Shown: piece after piece, positions 41,701 to 55,348 of the stretch
Layout: each line of letters begins with the position of its first letter
How positions within the stretch are numbered: position 1 is the stretch's first letter
Source: Trichoplax adhaerens
Lineage: Eukaryota > Animalia > Placozoa
Direction: 5' to 3'
Assembly (NCBI RefSeq): GCF_000150275.1
Contig: NW_002060966.1
Location: 14,415-78,414 of the forward strand
Length of the DNA stretch: 64,000 bases
The notes under the pieces: model-generated
What the model saw: only the letters and a program-made list of their open reading frames with translations
Database searches by the model: none
Told to the model about the DNA's origin: nothing
Position numbers and translations under genes: made by a program

Positions 41701-44700
41701 TCAAATTCTAGAATATCACCAAAAAGCATTACTAATCTAAACCCTACTCTACTTCATTTAAATTTGCCCTAAAATCATTTCATTATCATAATTTGATTTA
41801 AATTATCGATCTAACTATTCCAATACTTTTATCATACATACAATGCTTTAATTTTATTCAGTTGCCGGAAAGATGTTGGAGCAATAAACCGAAAAAAATT
41901 GCTATTTAAGTACCTGTGTAAATATGATTAGAAATTGCATAAAACAATGTTCGTTTTTAAATTAGTGATTATTAATTTTTATACATCATGTAAAAGAGAC
42001 GATTTAGTATCGCTTAATTCTTACACATTCTCTAAGTTAGGAGCACATATGGTTTCTGGATAAATATGAGTCAGTTTATTGCGATCTAATCTCCTGGTTA
42101 TTAATATTTGTCAGTATTAAAAGCAAGCTCTCTATTTATTTAGTTTACAAACATCGACCAATTATAATGTTGTATTTAATCTCAATATTCAAAATTTTAT
42201 ACTGAATCGGAATTCGATTAATAGACAATCTCGCTTATATACAATATAAGTGTATTAAACAATCCTTTATTATAACTGACTCGGAAGCGCTAATCTTATT
42301 GAGACTGAGTAATGAATCTTATATGTAGATCTATTCTAATAATATTCCCGAAAATTCAAGTATCACATTAATAGCAATCTTCGTAATAGCTTGGCTAAGG
42401 TAGAGGAATGTGCATTATATGGCATATAAATAATGTAGGCTAGTATTATAATGTTTTTTATGGCAGCTTTACGTAATCATAGACTGTGATTAATGTGATT
42501 AAATGACGTAGTTGTGCAACTAATACTACGCGCCAAAGGTCTTGATTTACTTAATTGTTAATCTAGAGGCTGATACCTATTCATAAAATTTCTTAGATAA
42601 GTGGGCTGATGTTAATTATTTATTAATATTGACTATTTAGAATATTTACGAATAAATAATCTTCATAATATTGGTAGAGTTTATAAAATTTAATTTCGTC
42701 AAAAATGATATAAATTCTTCTCTTTAGCCTATTACCATGGAACATTAATTTCATATCGTTGTTGAGTACGAAATTGGCAAGACTTACAACAATCTCAGTT
42801 GTTCAAGACCGCAAAAGGTTTTATTTTCTATCGTTAGCAGTCTGTTGACAGAAACGTTGCTGCATGAAGGGAGGCAAGACGCATCTCATAAGTATCGATG
42901 TTAATTATGAAGTCGTTAAGCAATAATTATATCCACAGTAATATTACTTTTTTAATTGATTGCCGATAAAAATATTACGAATGTGCCAGCGTGTCACAAT
43001 CAAGCAGTAACGTTTGTTATCTAACTATAAGAAGTTAAGACTAAAGGTTGCTCTCCGGTGTTAGAGAATTACTAAGCTCAAATCAACAATTTACAACAAA
43101 CTAAAAGCAGATCTAGTAGCCTTGCAATACAGTCCTGCATAAAACAGCGAAGTAAGTGAATAGTGTTAAAAACCGAAATAAAATTAGATTATTGTGCCAG
43201 GAATAACGTTGTCTAGTTCAATAGGACGCGGTATTTTTCAGAATGATGTAGGTGCAAAATGTAATATACTAAAATCTATTAGCCAAGTGTAATGGTCTGC
43301 ATAGAATAAAGTATGTTAGTGGACTATGGCTTATGAAGAAACGGTGAAGAAAGGTAGCAGCATTGCGGCTATTATACTAGGATGTCTCGAAAAGCCTGAA
43401 CTATTCTTCTTATAAACTAAGTGCGCGACATTTAGAATACAGGAGCTTAACGAGGTCTATATGGTTATAATTGTCCTAAATTGTGAACCTGTAAAGAGTT
43501 GGAGTAAGCACTGAAGCTCGATATAAGTATCGAGTATATGCCTTATCAGGAGGACATTGGTTAACTAGAATAGTTAGTTATAAGAAATAAATTGGTATGC
43601 TTTACTATTTTATTATTTTAGACTAGCTTACACAAATCTATAATTGTTATAAACTGTAATAAAGAAGACTTTCATTTCTACTCAAATTTCTACTTTTATT
43701 ATGGGCTGTAGCGGTAGAACTGATTACAATAGTCGACCTTAATACATATCATCTGGTTTTTGTTTATTAGCTCTCTATATGACAATGAGGACTGTTGCAT
43801 ATTTTGCTCGGTACCTAATAAACTTAAGGTCATCATGTTACATTATTTTAAGGTCTTACGACGCTAACAAAATAACTTAATTTTTATGCAATTCGAAATA
43901 TGGGTATATACTCTAAAAATTTATGTATATGTATGAACAGATAAAGAACTACATGAAATTCTATCATAAGCCAAGGTTTACTGCTTTGTTGTGATTTAAT
44001 TATGCATTATTCTTGTACATCATCTTCTAATATTTCGTTATCTACGGCAAGACCACGTATTAAATGCAAAAGTATGTTTAACTTAACACGGTTAAATGCT
44101 CTCATAACCTACTTACAATATCATGAGATTTGTTAAGCTTCTCAGATGATGACGTTGTAAGTTCTCTAAACGGTTACCTGTTAGTGCACTATAAAGCTCA
44201 TTTTTAAGTCGTGGATTAAAGTATATAACTCAGAATAACAAACAGTCACTATACAAATCAAATCCTGTGGTAAAAGTTGGCTCCGATATTAATCTAAAAG
44301 TGTCTAGAGGTGTACGAAACTGGCAAATTTATTTATTTAAAAATGATATGAGCTAACCGGCTTAATAGTTGGATAAATTATGCACTTTGACGAAAGAGTT
44401 TTCTATCTGAATTATTAAATGATCGAAAGTAAAGATTACTTATTTTATCTTATCTTCTTGTGTCACATACTTGGTCGTGATATTATGTTAGTAAGGTTTA
44501 TGTTTCGTAATTTATTTGTAATCGTTTAGAAAGCAAATCAGACTAATGTAAAGAAGGACTAAAAGGAATATCCAATTATAATGGCTTACAAAGAGAAATC
44601 AGGAATGATATTAGCCACTGCAGCGAGAAAAAAATTATGTAGAAGTAAAATTTGAGTACTGCTTATAAACTCGTTTAACCTTTCTAAATTAATAAAAATA

Positions 44701-47700
44701 AAAGCTGGCCGAGGTTCATACGGAGCATTACAGTAGTGGAGAAGTTTGTATGGCATTAACAGTCTAGATCATGATCAATAGGCATTTTCCATGTATTTAA
44801 TTAGATTCGAAAGTTTCATATGTCAAGTTGAAATTACCACTCTTGAATCACTCAAGTAACACGGGAAAGAAAGAACTTTTCAACAAATGCATAGAAACTT
44901 CATTACTTTTTGATATAGCTTAAAATTAATTGTTTCGATACTGGATATTTTAGCTATTCAGCTAAAATTTTAGGATATTAAAAATTTAGACAAGTGATTT
45001 CTGAAAGAGATCAGTGAAGTAAGAATCCCTTTTAGTTATTTACCGCAACTTAATAAAGCAGCATCACAGCATCTGCACTAACATATAACATAAAAGTTCT
45101 AGTTGACTATCTTTTTTTACAACCCTATACTGTGGCTTCCTTGAAGTTTTTACTTACAGGGAGGTAAGACTCCGTAAACCAGCAAATGAATCATTTTCAA
45201 TAATATGAATTTTATTACCAGAAAGGTCCCTAATGAAAGACAACATTCAGACGTGTATAAAATTTAAAATAGTCTTTTCTTGAAAAGAATAAATTCTAAC
45301 TTGTTAGTTAAATTAAATATTTGAACCTATATTTAAAGGTATAAATTTATAAGCTAATGCTATTAGAAACATTTAATGGATTATTACTATTATAATTTGC
45401 TTCTAATTTTAGAATATATTACTCTTGTGACTTACAAGAATTCGAGATTGCCAAGGTTACTAAAATAGTCCGTCCGTATGGTTGACAACTTGTTGTCTAC
45501 GAGAGATCTATTAAGAAATAATAGCATAGATAAGATTGAGTTTACCTGACAATCATAAGGTCGCAGTAAAATTAAGAATTTTTGACCATAACCAACAATT
45601 AAAACACGTACGGTACGGTGCTGTTATAAATTGCGTATATTATTTTTATTTTAGATACTAAAGCTAAGATTGATTATTCTCATAGTGTAACTTACGATCA
45701 ATACTGCATAGTTAAAATTATTGATTTTCAAAATTGGTATCATATTAAATCTTATAAATTTATTTTGATGGCATCGAAGCACTAGTTAGTGTAGAGTCTA
45801 ATATTTGTAAGCAAAGTTAAATATAAAATCTAACTAAAATCCCTTAGTACGGTATCTGTTATTTACTGTGTTAATATTCTGAGCATTACTAAAAGTCAGA
45901 GTACCTATAAGTCATATAGTTTAAGGTGCAATCGTAATAGCATCATTTAAGTAGATTAATGGTAATTAGGCATTCAAATTTTGTTAAAATCGAATCCATG
46001 CGTTGCATTTGAGTTGAAAGACGAGCATCTATGAGACTATGAACTGCGTATCTAATCCTGCAGATTGATTAAACTATTCATCACAGTAGGGATAATGTAA
46101 ATTGTTATGATGCTATTGGCTATTACAGGCTGTTGTTTCTATCTGACTTACATTTCGTTTACTTCCTTTGTTGGCTTGAAGGCGTCTTCATCAAGGGTAG
46201 AAATTTCATTAGAACATATAGATCTACAATAGTATAAGCGATAACATGAGAAGATGCTCGTTTCGATCTATAAATTGAACCATTCATTGATTTCTTTTGA
46301 AATACTAAGGTTAAAATTTCTTCTTATAAATTAGAAATCATCATAAAACTATAGGTAATCGATGTTTAATGGTTCAGTTCTTCATTCTTGTTTTATTTGC
46401 TAGATATTAATTACCACCACATCTTATCACATCAGCATATCTAGTATTTATCACAAGTTCTATATCATGCTCCGTATTATTCAGCTAAATTTAACTGTAG
46501 ATATTTTTCTAATTCTATATGAATGTACAGGATGTAGGTTAACAATTGTATTAATAGATGACGCTATTTTTTGTTGTGTATGGCTTAAATCATACATACT
46601 CCATAATATTGCATTTTTAATAAGAATGTATAAACATGATATTGCAACTTGATATTGATTATACTAGAACAAATCATAAGCTTACAGTGAAATTTATAAA
46701 TAACTGTAAAATTAATTATAACTTAGCGATTCTTACAGTCCTTTCAGCTCAGAAAGGCACGCAAGGCTACCATTAGAAATTTTTGACAATTTGTTTTTGT
46801 TGATATTCCTGTTATAAAGTACACCAGTATTATAACCTTTAAGTGAAATGCTAAGCTTAATTATTTAGGGAATAAAAGGATATCAACAGCAATGACATGG
46901 ATAGCGATTTATTTCTAAGATATTAACTAATATAATTTTTCAGTATGGAATACACTATTTTGAATTGGCTGAAGCGAATGAGTGAATTGTATAAGCCAAA
47001 AAGTTAAAAGAGACAGTTAAGTGTATGAACATAAGAACTATAATAAGATAGAAAAGCCAATGTCTAACATGAATGCGCCCTGTATTTCATATGCAAGTAA
47101 TCATGTAGTTATACAAAGCAATTCTATCGGAAACTGTTGAAATATTTTTATAATATATTTAAATTAAAGTACAAATCTGAATAAATACTAGATCGATAGG
47201 TATTGATTGGTTGATATATCACCGATGCTATGATGAACCGTATAATACTGTATAAACGTGTCACGAAAGTAATCTTCGTGACGTATGCTTTATTTCTATG
47301 TTACGTTCTATATATGCTTATCTCTCAGACATGTTTTACGGTCTCTTTAATTGTAGTTTTAGTAGTTAACAGTTGATATCCTTTATTTAGGATTATATAT
47401 ACACTAAAATAGTAATTGCCAACCAGCTAAACTGGATTATATCTATCACCTCTAAAGTTGCTAAGGTTCAAAGTGTAATTTCTAAGTTTAGAAGAAATGT
47501 CTTAGTAGAATAGCTTTATATGTATCTGTTAAACTATTAACAAGCAATGATTATTCAACTACTATTACAGTAAATTTAATAGGATTAGACGTTATGTAAT
47601 CTATGCAGATAGAATCTCTTTAAGGGATTAATTTGGCTAATTTTTAAAAGGTGAGTTGTGTAGTTAAACCGGTTTTAGGTATCAAAACCTATATAAACGA

Positions 47701-50700
47701 CGGATTCGCCGACAATAAATTAGATTGTGATTTTCTAGTAAGCTTTAAAGGTCTCGCTGTGTTAGACCCTATCTACCTTGGAATAACAATTGTCTGGTAT
47801 TCCGAAGAACAGTAGCATAGGATAGAAATTACTTTCTCAATCTTTGTTGCAAGTTAGGGTTGTTCCTAGCTCGTGACAAAGCGTATAATAACAAACCAAT
47901 AACACAGTTTTAGATTTAAGTCAGCTTACAGAAACTTTAAATTAGTCGACGAACAGAATGATTCACTTTCGATAAATTCGATGTTATTATTATCTAAAAT
48001 CCTATTTGAAGATGAAATTGCCTAAATAAGTTTAATATTGGGTGAACAATAAGAGCTTTATCTACAGTGCATAATATAGTTTAGACTGAATGAAGCAATA
48101 GTAAATGTATTCTTCATTTGATATCGAACTGGCAACTACTAAAATCTTGGCTAAATTGAATTATGGTAGTTAGTGAAAGTATAGGCTGCTAATTCTGTTC
48201 GAATATAAAAGCAATAGCAATTATCCTAACAAAATAATTGAGCTGAGGCAGCGCTTTATGTTGTTGCTGCTACTTTAATATCAAAAGTGAATGCAAAACA
48301 TACTGACATTAGTCCTCTAACAATTGCTAATAAAATAGAGATAAAGGAAAACATTTATTATATCTATGATAAATATATTAATAACAATTACTGTTTTGAA
48401 TATTTTTGAATGTTTTATATTTACATGAATGCTATTTTCGAAGTACAGGCAAAGGTATATCGTTCAATTCTTTCAATTTTATTCATGTGGAGCAGACTAA
48501 AATTATTTAAGATTAATGGATTAGTAAGCCTTTATCCTGTAACCTAATATTATATTTTGATGTAGCATAATGACATTCTTGTAAAGAGCAATGCATACAG
48601 TTCCTCTACATTAGGTAATCCACAAAATGAATACTGCTCGATGTAAGAAATTGAATTTTGTTCTAGCTTTCTGAAATACCGAAAAAATTTATCAGCTTAA
48701 ATTTTATAATGATAAAATATAATTTTTTTTCATATCAATTTGTGACAGCATAAGAAGTCCGTTGATAGTTGATAGTTCTTAATAGCAAAGAAATATCGCG
48801 TCTAATATTATTCACAATACATAAATCTATTCGCACGAGGTTGACTACGATATGCCGGTGCACTAAATAGCTTCAACATCTTCATTTTTAAAATTAACAA
48901 CTCCTTGTTTATTTTTTCCATGATAATTAATTCTTTAACAAGAATAAGTTACAGCCTGAAATGCCTGCTGTAAATGAAATATTAAAGCGTGTGTGTTATG
49001 GACATGAATAATTTGAATAACATAATACAATATGAATGTATTTTTTATTTTTTTCCTATCCTGCTAATGCTATTCCGCTAATATTATGATGCAAGAGCTA
49101 ATCTAGCAGTAGGCAGTAGAAAGCCTACTATAAAGGAACTACGCTTCCATTTAAGATCCTTAGTAAACTAGGTTAGACGTGACACTAGGTTTAACAGCAT
49201 TTTGAATGAAGAAACTCAGATATTACAAATACATTTTACTAATGCAGATAGGCTGAACAAGAAGATTTTTAGTGTTATAGAATGGGAGCACGTAGTTTAT
49301 AACATTTTATAAATTTTCTAAAATCAGATGCAATGCATTTCATTCAAACCCCTTTAAAATACTATATTTCCGCGATAAGATTTGTTATTAATTTAACAAT
49401 GTAAGTTAACCGGTTCGTTCAAGAAAATATCAGCTAGTGATACTAAACCTAAAATTAGGAATTTTATGTAAGATACGACACTAGTGATGAGAATTAATTA
49501 AAGCAGCATGCATCTTCTGTTCTATATCGTATTTACTGTCATGAAAAAGGATATAGCATTACTTAGTTTACTATTTTATAACGACATATTTAACAAATTT
49601 GGTCTTGGTATAAAAAGATCGGTTAGTATGGCTAAATTGGATATGAAGTTTACTTTCTTACAGATGTTTCACTGATGATAAACCAGCGAAGGCACCACGG
49701 TGGATAGTTTTTAGTTTATTTCCCGCAATATCCCTATTTATAGAAAATTATAGAATAGCTATATCTTAACATCTAGCTTCACTTTGATTTCTTACTAAAG
49801 TTCATTGTACTTCATTTTAATTACATAACGTAAATTAAAGAATATACTAATAACCTTTTGTTGTGAAATATTGATTTAATTAATGTAACAAAGTGCTATC
49901 AATATAAGGGTACTATAAAATTAAAAGTAATTTTAGTGAGATTGAGTCTTACAGCATGCGAAGTTTGGTCAAATTACTGAAAGAATTCGGTTCAATATCT
50001 TCGATCCTATTAAATTCTAGATAGCTGAAAGAATTATTAGAGGATATGTAAATAGTTTTTGCCGGGTTTATGCAATGCCTAGTAAACTGAGCTCACTCAG
50101 CTATTTGAGATGAAATATCTGTAATTATAATACAGTTTATTTTATGCTGATTTAATGCAAAAACATTTAAATATATTTTATACTGTCTTATTTTATACTC
50201 ACATGTCTTCCAGTGATGATAAACAAGCTAAGCTATCATTTTTAACAATTTTCAAGCGATTACCCTTCAAATTTCTGTATTGCATATACGGCAGAAAGGG
50301 TAACTGTTATGCATATATATATATACAATGATTTTATAATGAAAACAAAATATTTTAATTCTTAGATAGCTATTTTATAGCAAATTCATAATATCGACAT
50401 CATGAGAACGCTATAAATAAAATTCAATAACAATGCTTCATTCATTGTGTAGGCTAGCCTACTTTATAATTATATTATAAGATATAATGATACGAACAGA
50501 CGATTGAGTGACTGCAAACCGCATAAGGAATTGGTTTCAATTGTGGAAATGGCATTATGCTTAAGTCGCCTGAAAGATTAATGAAAATTTAAAAATGCTA
50601 TATAGGTCATTGAAGTCACTTCAGACTACAATTATTTTATAGTTTAAAATGGCGTACTTGTTACAGCAACGTTAGTAAATTTAATTTATCTGATTTGTAG

Positions 50701-53700
50701 TCTTTCAATTAGAATCGCTTTAAAAAAATCAAAATCACCACTATAACACTACTGTGTTTACTTAATCGGATTTTATTGCTACTAAACGATAGAAATCATG
50801 ATTGAAAATGAGACAATAAGCTGGTATTTTAAGATATTAATTCCGGACTTACAAAGTCTTTAAATTCAATAAACATCCAAAATCGCCTTGAGACATGGCT
50901 TTAAGGCGATTATTATCTAAAATTCTAATTATAGTTACTAATACCTCAAAAAGTGAGATTAAAACAATACTATGCTAGTGCTATTAATTTAATCAATAAC
51001 TAATGATTGTGATATTGTTTTGATATTGTACTTACAAATACTGCAAATTTTCTAAAGTGCAAAATGCTTTCGATTCAATATGTACCAATGCATTTGATCG
51101 AAGCATCCTACAGAAATTAAATAAACAGACATTCACTATTACGTTGCAAGTTAGAGTTGATATTTATCTGCTAAGATTGGGCTGATAGCGGTAAAATTGG
51201 TACTTTTTGAACTTCTGACAGTAGTATAATCTTCACTTTTTGACTGTTGTGAATCAGTAAAAATGTTTAGAATTTCGCTATTGTGAAAATTGAATTCTTT
51301 AAGTAAAAACTCTAAGAAAGTAGAAATGGAATTTTGATGTAAATAATAAGTCAATTTTAAATTTGACTTCTCATGAGCACGGGACAGCAATGCTTCATTT
51401 AGATTAATTTTCCTAAAATTTTACCAAGACTTAAATAGCGTGAATTTCTCTTAATTGGCACTGTAATTTTATGAGAATCATAAGTTGGTATTGTTTAAAT
51501 GTAATAGCTAGAAGGCTAAAAGCCATTGAAATAAAGCCTATATTATTCAAAAAGTTTAATTTATCGTCGAGAACACTATAGTAATACACAGGCTATAAAT
51601 GTACAGGCCTTTAAGAGTGTATATTGTTAGGATTTGTGCATGTAAAGCACTAGAGTTAGCAATAAACTCTAATTTATCGATCGTTAAAAGTGCAACTTAC
51701 ATTTCTTTTAGATTAGCTAGACAATTAAATGATCCTTTTGTAATAACTTGCAATCGATTAGCTTCTAAAGACCTTTTAAGAGACATATATTGATATATAA
51801 TTAGTCAAGCTTTATGACTCTTTTGCTATAGAAATATTGTGTACTCCAAAAGCTCACAAATTGGTTAGATGGGGTAATCCACAAAATGCATCAATTTCAA
51901 TTGTCTCTATAAGGCTGCTCGTAACATTCCTATAAAAAATATAACCATATCATATCGTAAATTATCACATCAGCATAATATTTAAGAATTAATTAACCTT
52001 GTGTTAAAGCCCTTTTGACTCTACCGCAGTGCATACTTATTTACATATAAATAACACATCTAGCGGCATTTCCATTCTGACTTGCAATCCGGTAGTAACG
52101 GAAACTCTGTTATTATCTTTACAATCACGCACTATACACGATATTTAGATTTCATTACATGATGATGTTACTATACCGGTAGTATTGTAAAGTATAAATC
52201 TTATAATTTTGGACATTAAAATGTACATAAATAAAAATTGGTCTTAAAATACGACATTTATCTTCTTAGAAGATTCTTGTGTATTTGCTGATATACCTAT
52301 AGCTTACTGATACTAAATTTAGTAAAACTATTATTAGAGTATTTTGAATTATGATTATGATTACTTTTTTAATATTATAGGTGCTGAAGGTTGTTTTAGA
52401 TAAAGAGTATTAGAAAAAATGGGATAACGTAAGAAAATCTGTTTACGTATTTACTGGTGTGATATGCACTAAATTAAGAGATAGAAATAGCAGTAATAAC
52501 ATGATTACGAATAAACATTTTGTATATAACCCGAGTTTCTCTTAAAATAAAGACAACTGTTGTTAACGACTTCAGTTAAATACTTGACATTGTGCCTTAA
52601 GTTAACTCGTGTTTTTCTTGTTCTAACGACTGAGTTATGGTAGATAATATCTTTAAACTGCTACTTTTAGCCTCGTACGAACGTTTAAGCGACTATTAAA
52701 TAAATAAATTGCCTGATGTTGGTAATCGAAGTTCGTAACATGGAGAAAAGATTGACAGAACGAAATAAGGTAATTCAGCTCCTTAAAACATTTACGATTA
52801 ATGACTTTGTAGAAATATAAGCTGTAAGTGCTTTACTGTAATATCAGCAGCAAACGAAGAAACGAAAAATGCACTCAATAGAACCACAATATGCAATTCC
52901 ATACAGTAATCGTAATAATTTAGCTAAATAGAGCTATAGCAATAAACGCAGTTTCTTATCTATCCATAATAACGGAGAAACTACTAACTGTTTGCTAATG
53001 AGATACGTCTGTAATTTTCTGAGCGTAATAAACTGACGGTTGTCTTTCCGAAATCAGAGATTCGAGACTGCCGTAACGTAGCAATGGAAATTAGGTACAT
53101 GTACTTAACGTGAGAATCGTTATAAAAATAATACATTGCTAAAGTATATTATATATTGTACTGTTATGGAATCCCTTTACAATATACCATAGTAAGAAAG
53201 TGTAATGTAACTTAGTATCGTGATTGTAGACTGTTAACTATGTTTAGTATAATGTACGGTAGCGTAACTTCTACTTTTATCCTAAGAGATATTTGGTAGC
53301 TATAGCTATAGACTGTAGTGGTATAGACTCTATGCTAGAGTACAGATCACTATATACAGTAAGGTGTTGAGCTACTAATAAGGTCATAAGTAAAAATAGA
53401 ACTGTAAATCATGTATGTATTAGGATATGGTTAATTCATTGTACTTTGGCTGGTGTGAATAATGCCTATATAAATACTGTAGTCGTATCCATATCGGATT
53501 AATGATGGTCCGCAGTAGAATAGTGTTACTAAGATTAATTTAACTATGTGTAAATTAAGGTAAAAGATTGCCATGCGGATTGTAACTGCGAATGCTACGA
53601 AAAGTATAAAAGCATGCAACTATAGATTATTCTGTTAGTTCGTTGTAGAAGTCTTTAGTAGTAGTATTCGGCTATAGTAGAGCTGTGGGTAGTTAATCTT

Positions 53701-55348
53701 GTATATGATTCAATAAAGCCCTTACTTTTGTAAAATTTGGAATTTCGTGACTGATATATATCACACAAAGATTAATTAATTACAGAATGATCCCTTGTGA
53801 TTGCAATTCTAATTGATGGTAGATTGTTAACTATTCTACATATGATTCCGTGGATGGACACAAGGTAGCTACTTAGACTATCCAGATTTGAACTTTGTTT
53901 ATCTGATACACACAGTTTACTTTTTGGGGCTATCTAAAAGTAACTGCTGTCCAGTCAAGTTAAAAGTCACCTATTTTTACGTAAAGTTAATTGTTTGAAA
54001 GAGAAGATAAATCATCAATAGTATCACTTATGAATGGTGACGGATAGTATAGGGGCACGATAGATTTCTAGGGAAAATTATTGTGTTACTTCTTAACTTA
54101 AAAAAGCAATGGCCTTTAAGTTTCTGTAACGAGTTCAGAGATATTACTTCCAAAAAATCTCGGAAACAAAACGGTTTACTTTGTGTCACTAATGCTACAA
54201 ATTGATTTTTAATACGCTATAAGGTAGGTAAATAATTGCTAAAGAAATCAAATCTTCGCTAAACCTTAAGCGAACACGATAAGAATATAAAACTCTATAC
54301 TTACAAGACGATCAACTCCGAAAAGTCTACAAAGCTTCTCGTTTTAATTTTTCTAATACTGGTGTTGTTAATTATCCTATGGAATAGAATCAAAATTAGC
54401 AGTAAGTACTCTAGATTACAGTAGTGGCTGTTGTGATTTAATAGTAGACTATGCGTATCTGGTGTAGAATTTGAAAATTGTTAGTAAGATTTAAAATAAA
54501 ATGTATCTAAAATCTTTTAGTTGGGTATCAGCAATTTACTGTATTTAAATGCTGTTAAGTACTAATAGTTAGAGTACCTAGAATTCACATAATTTAGGGC
54601 CCAAACGTATAAATTGCATGACAAAATTCAATATGAAACATGAAGATATAACGTATAAGATACAGTCTAATTGAACGTAACCCGAAATAAGTGTGGATCA
54701 CAGCGGTTAGTGATATGTAATTATACATTCTACTACAACTCTCGGTGATATCCTAAACATATGCTAATATTATACGGAATATAGTATAGCTTCAAATATT
54801 ATATAATTGTTCTGTACTAAGATAGATAAGGTGTTATAGTGTTGAGCGTTCTATACATTAGCATCGTGCAATTACAATATGTATCAGTAGCTGCCGATAT
54901 AGTAACAGATAGCTTTAATTCCTTTTACTATTTATACTTGTTACAGCCGGATAATAATTCGATTCATATAAAAAATAGATAGCAAAGTGATCTTAAACTT
55001 TAGAAAGTAAGAGCCAGAAGAGTTTTCGATATGCGAGTAATACTTACAGTGATTTCAAATTTCCAACGAAAGTAAGCTTAATGCTGGGCAATTTAGTTAA
55101 GTCACTACGTGAGCAACTTATAGACCAACTGCTGCAGTTACAGAAACTTGGGCAACCATCACTGGTTTCTGTTAGAAATGGCAACATAATATCAGTTGAG
55201 AATATAAGTAGAAAATGTAAGCAGATTGCTGATATTTTATGAATAGTAATATACTTGTAATTCCATGATCACATCTTGCTAATAACCAAATAATTGACAT
55301 CAAATGGATATACAGGATCGGATACTTTAAATTCTGCTTGCTTTTCAT
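25606..55348 (-). CDS. Gene B: giant LRR-containing GPCR (LGR-like), 53 coding exons, 1647 aa, apparently intact
   Basis: Exons 5'->3': 55255-55348, 55048-55168, 54305-54376, 51858-51929, 51701-51772, 51036-51107, 50853-50924, 50498-50569, 50203-50274, 49953-50024, 49662-49733, 48599-48670, 48425-48496, 47930-48001, 46737-46808, 46152-46223, 45436-45507, 45158-45229, 44117-44188, 42788-42859, 42025-42093, 41842-41913, 41556-41627, 40818-40889, 40568-40639, 40178-40249, 40006-40077, 37378-37449, 37155-37226, 36896-36982, 36586-36648, 36368-36439, 36173-36256, 35407-35478, 35149-35214, 34451-34522, 34102-34170, 33941-34009, 33726-33797, 33514-33585, 33364-33432, 31657-31722, 31448-31519, 31263-31346, 31044-31109, 30708-30788, 29518-29586, 29262-29339, 28834-28905, 28578-28658, 28396-28467, 26825-26896, 25606-26713. 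All GT-AG; total 4944 nt (multiple of 3); no internal stop seen on hand translation. Confidence 0.92.
27157..27754 (+). mobile_element. Family R3 copy, inverted relative to 24954-25538
   Basis: Long reverse-complement identity, e.g. gtaatttctgttactttgtgctgagcctttg; left end damaged, no clear TSD. Confidence 0.82.
30215..30565 (-). mobile_element. Solo-LTR-like element, 351 bp
   Basis: Ends TGTCAC..GTAACA, TSD ATCAT; shares tgtcacaaac and tatacccttc with 3203-3639. Confidence 0.78.
31881..33023 (+). mobile_element. Solo-LTR-like element (about 590 bp) carrying a nested R2
   Basis: Ends TGTCAC..GTGACA, TSD TTTAT; TATTTAA then AATAAA on the + strand. Confidence 0.8.
32083..32632 (+). mobile_element. 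Family R2 copy, nested
   Basis: Ends TGTAAT..ATCACA, TSD ACATG. Confidence 0.88.
37669..38296 (+). mobile_element. Family R1 copy
   Basis: Starts TGTGACA, right end mutated (tgtggcc), TSD ATAGT. Confidence 0.85.
38335..39015 (-). mobile_element. Solo-LTR-like element, family R4
   Basis: Ends TGTTAA..GTAACA, TSD CTGAT; homologous to 56692-57309 and 60720-61302. Confidence 0.87.
39363..39992 (+). mobile_element. Family R1 copy, 13 bp from the exon 27 boundary
   Basis: Ends TGTTACA..TGTGACA, TSD GCTTG; TATATAAA then AATAAA. Confidence 0.88.
47259..47878 (+). mobile_element. Solo-LTR-like element, family R5
   Basis: Ends TGTCAC..GTGACA, flanks AAACG/AAGCG (one mismatch); inverted homolog at about 62358-62920. 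Confidence 0.83.
53201..53765 (+). mobile_element. Family R2 copy
   Basis: Ends TGTAAT..ATCACA, flanks GAAAG/CAAAG (one mismatch). A degraded R1-like stretch follows at about 53795-53870. Confidence 0.87.
55048..55348 (-). CDS. Gene B coding exons 1-2: signal-peptide-like segment and LRRNT cap
   Basis: MKSKQNLKYPILYIHLMSIIWLLARCDHGIT (94 bp), then CPSFCNCSSWSISCSRSDLTKLP (121 bp). An AG acceptor 2 nt before the ATG in both paralogs implies a 5'UTR intron. Confidence 0.87.

Noticed and set aside
42992-43710. Another solo-LTR-like element starting TGTCACA
   Set aside because: It is plausible, but I found no matching end, TSD or second copy.
673-54376. CRISPR-like or satellite array suggested by the recurring cttac and 72-bp spacing
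   Set aside because: The pattern is explained by splice donors and LRR exons of eukaryotic genes.
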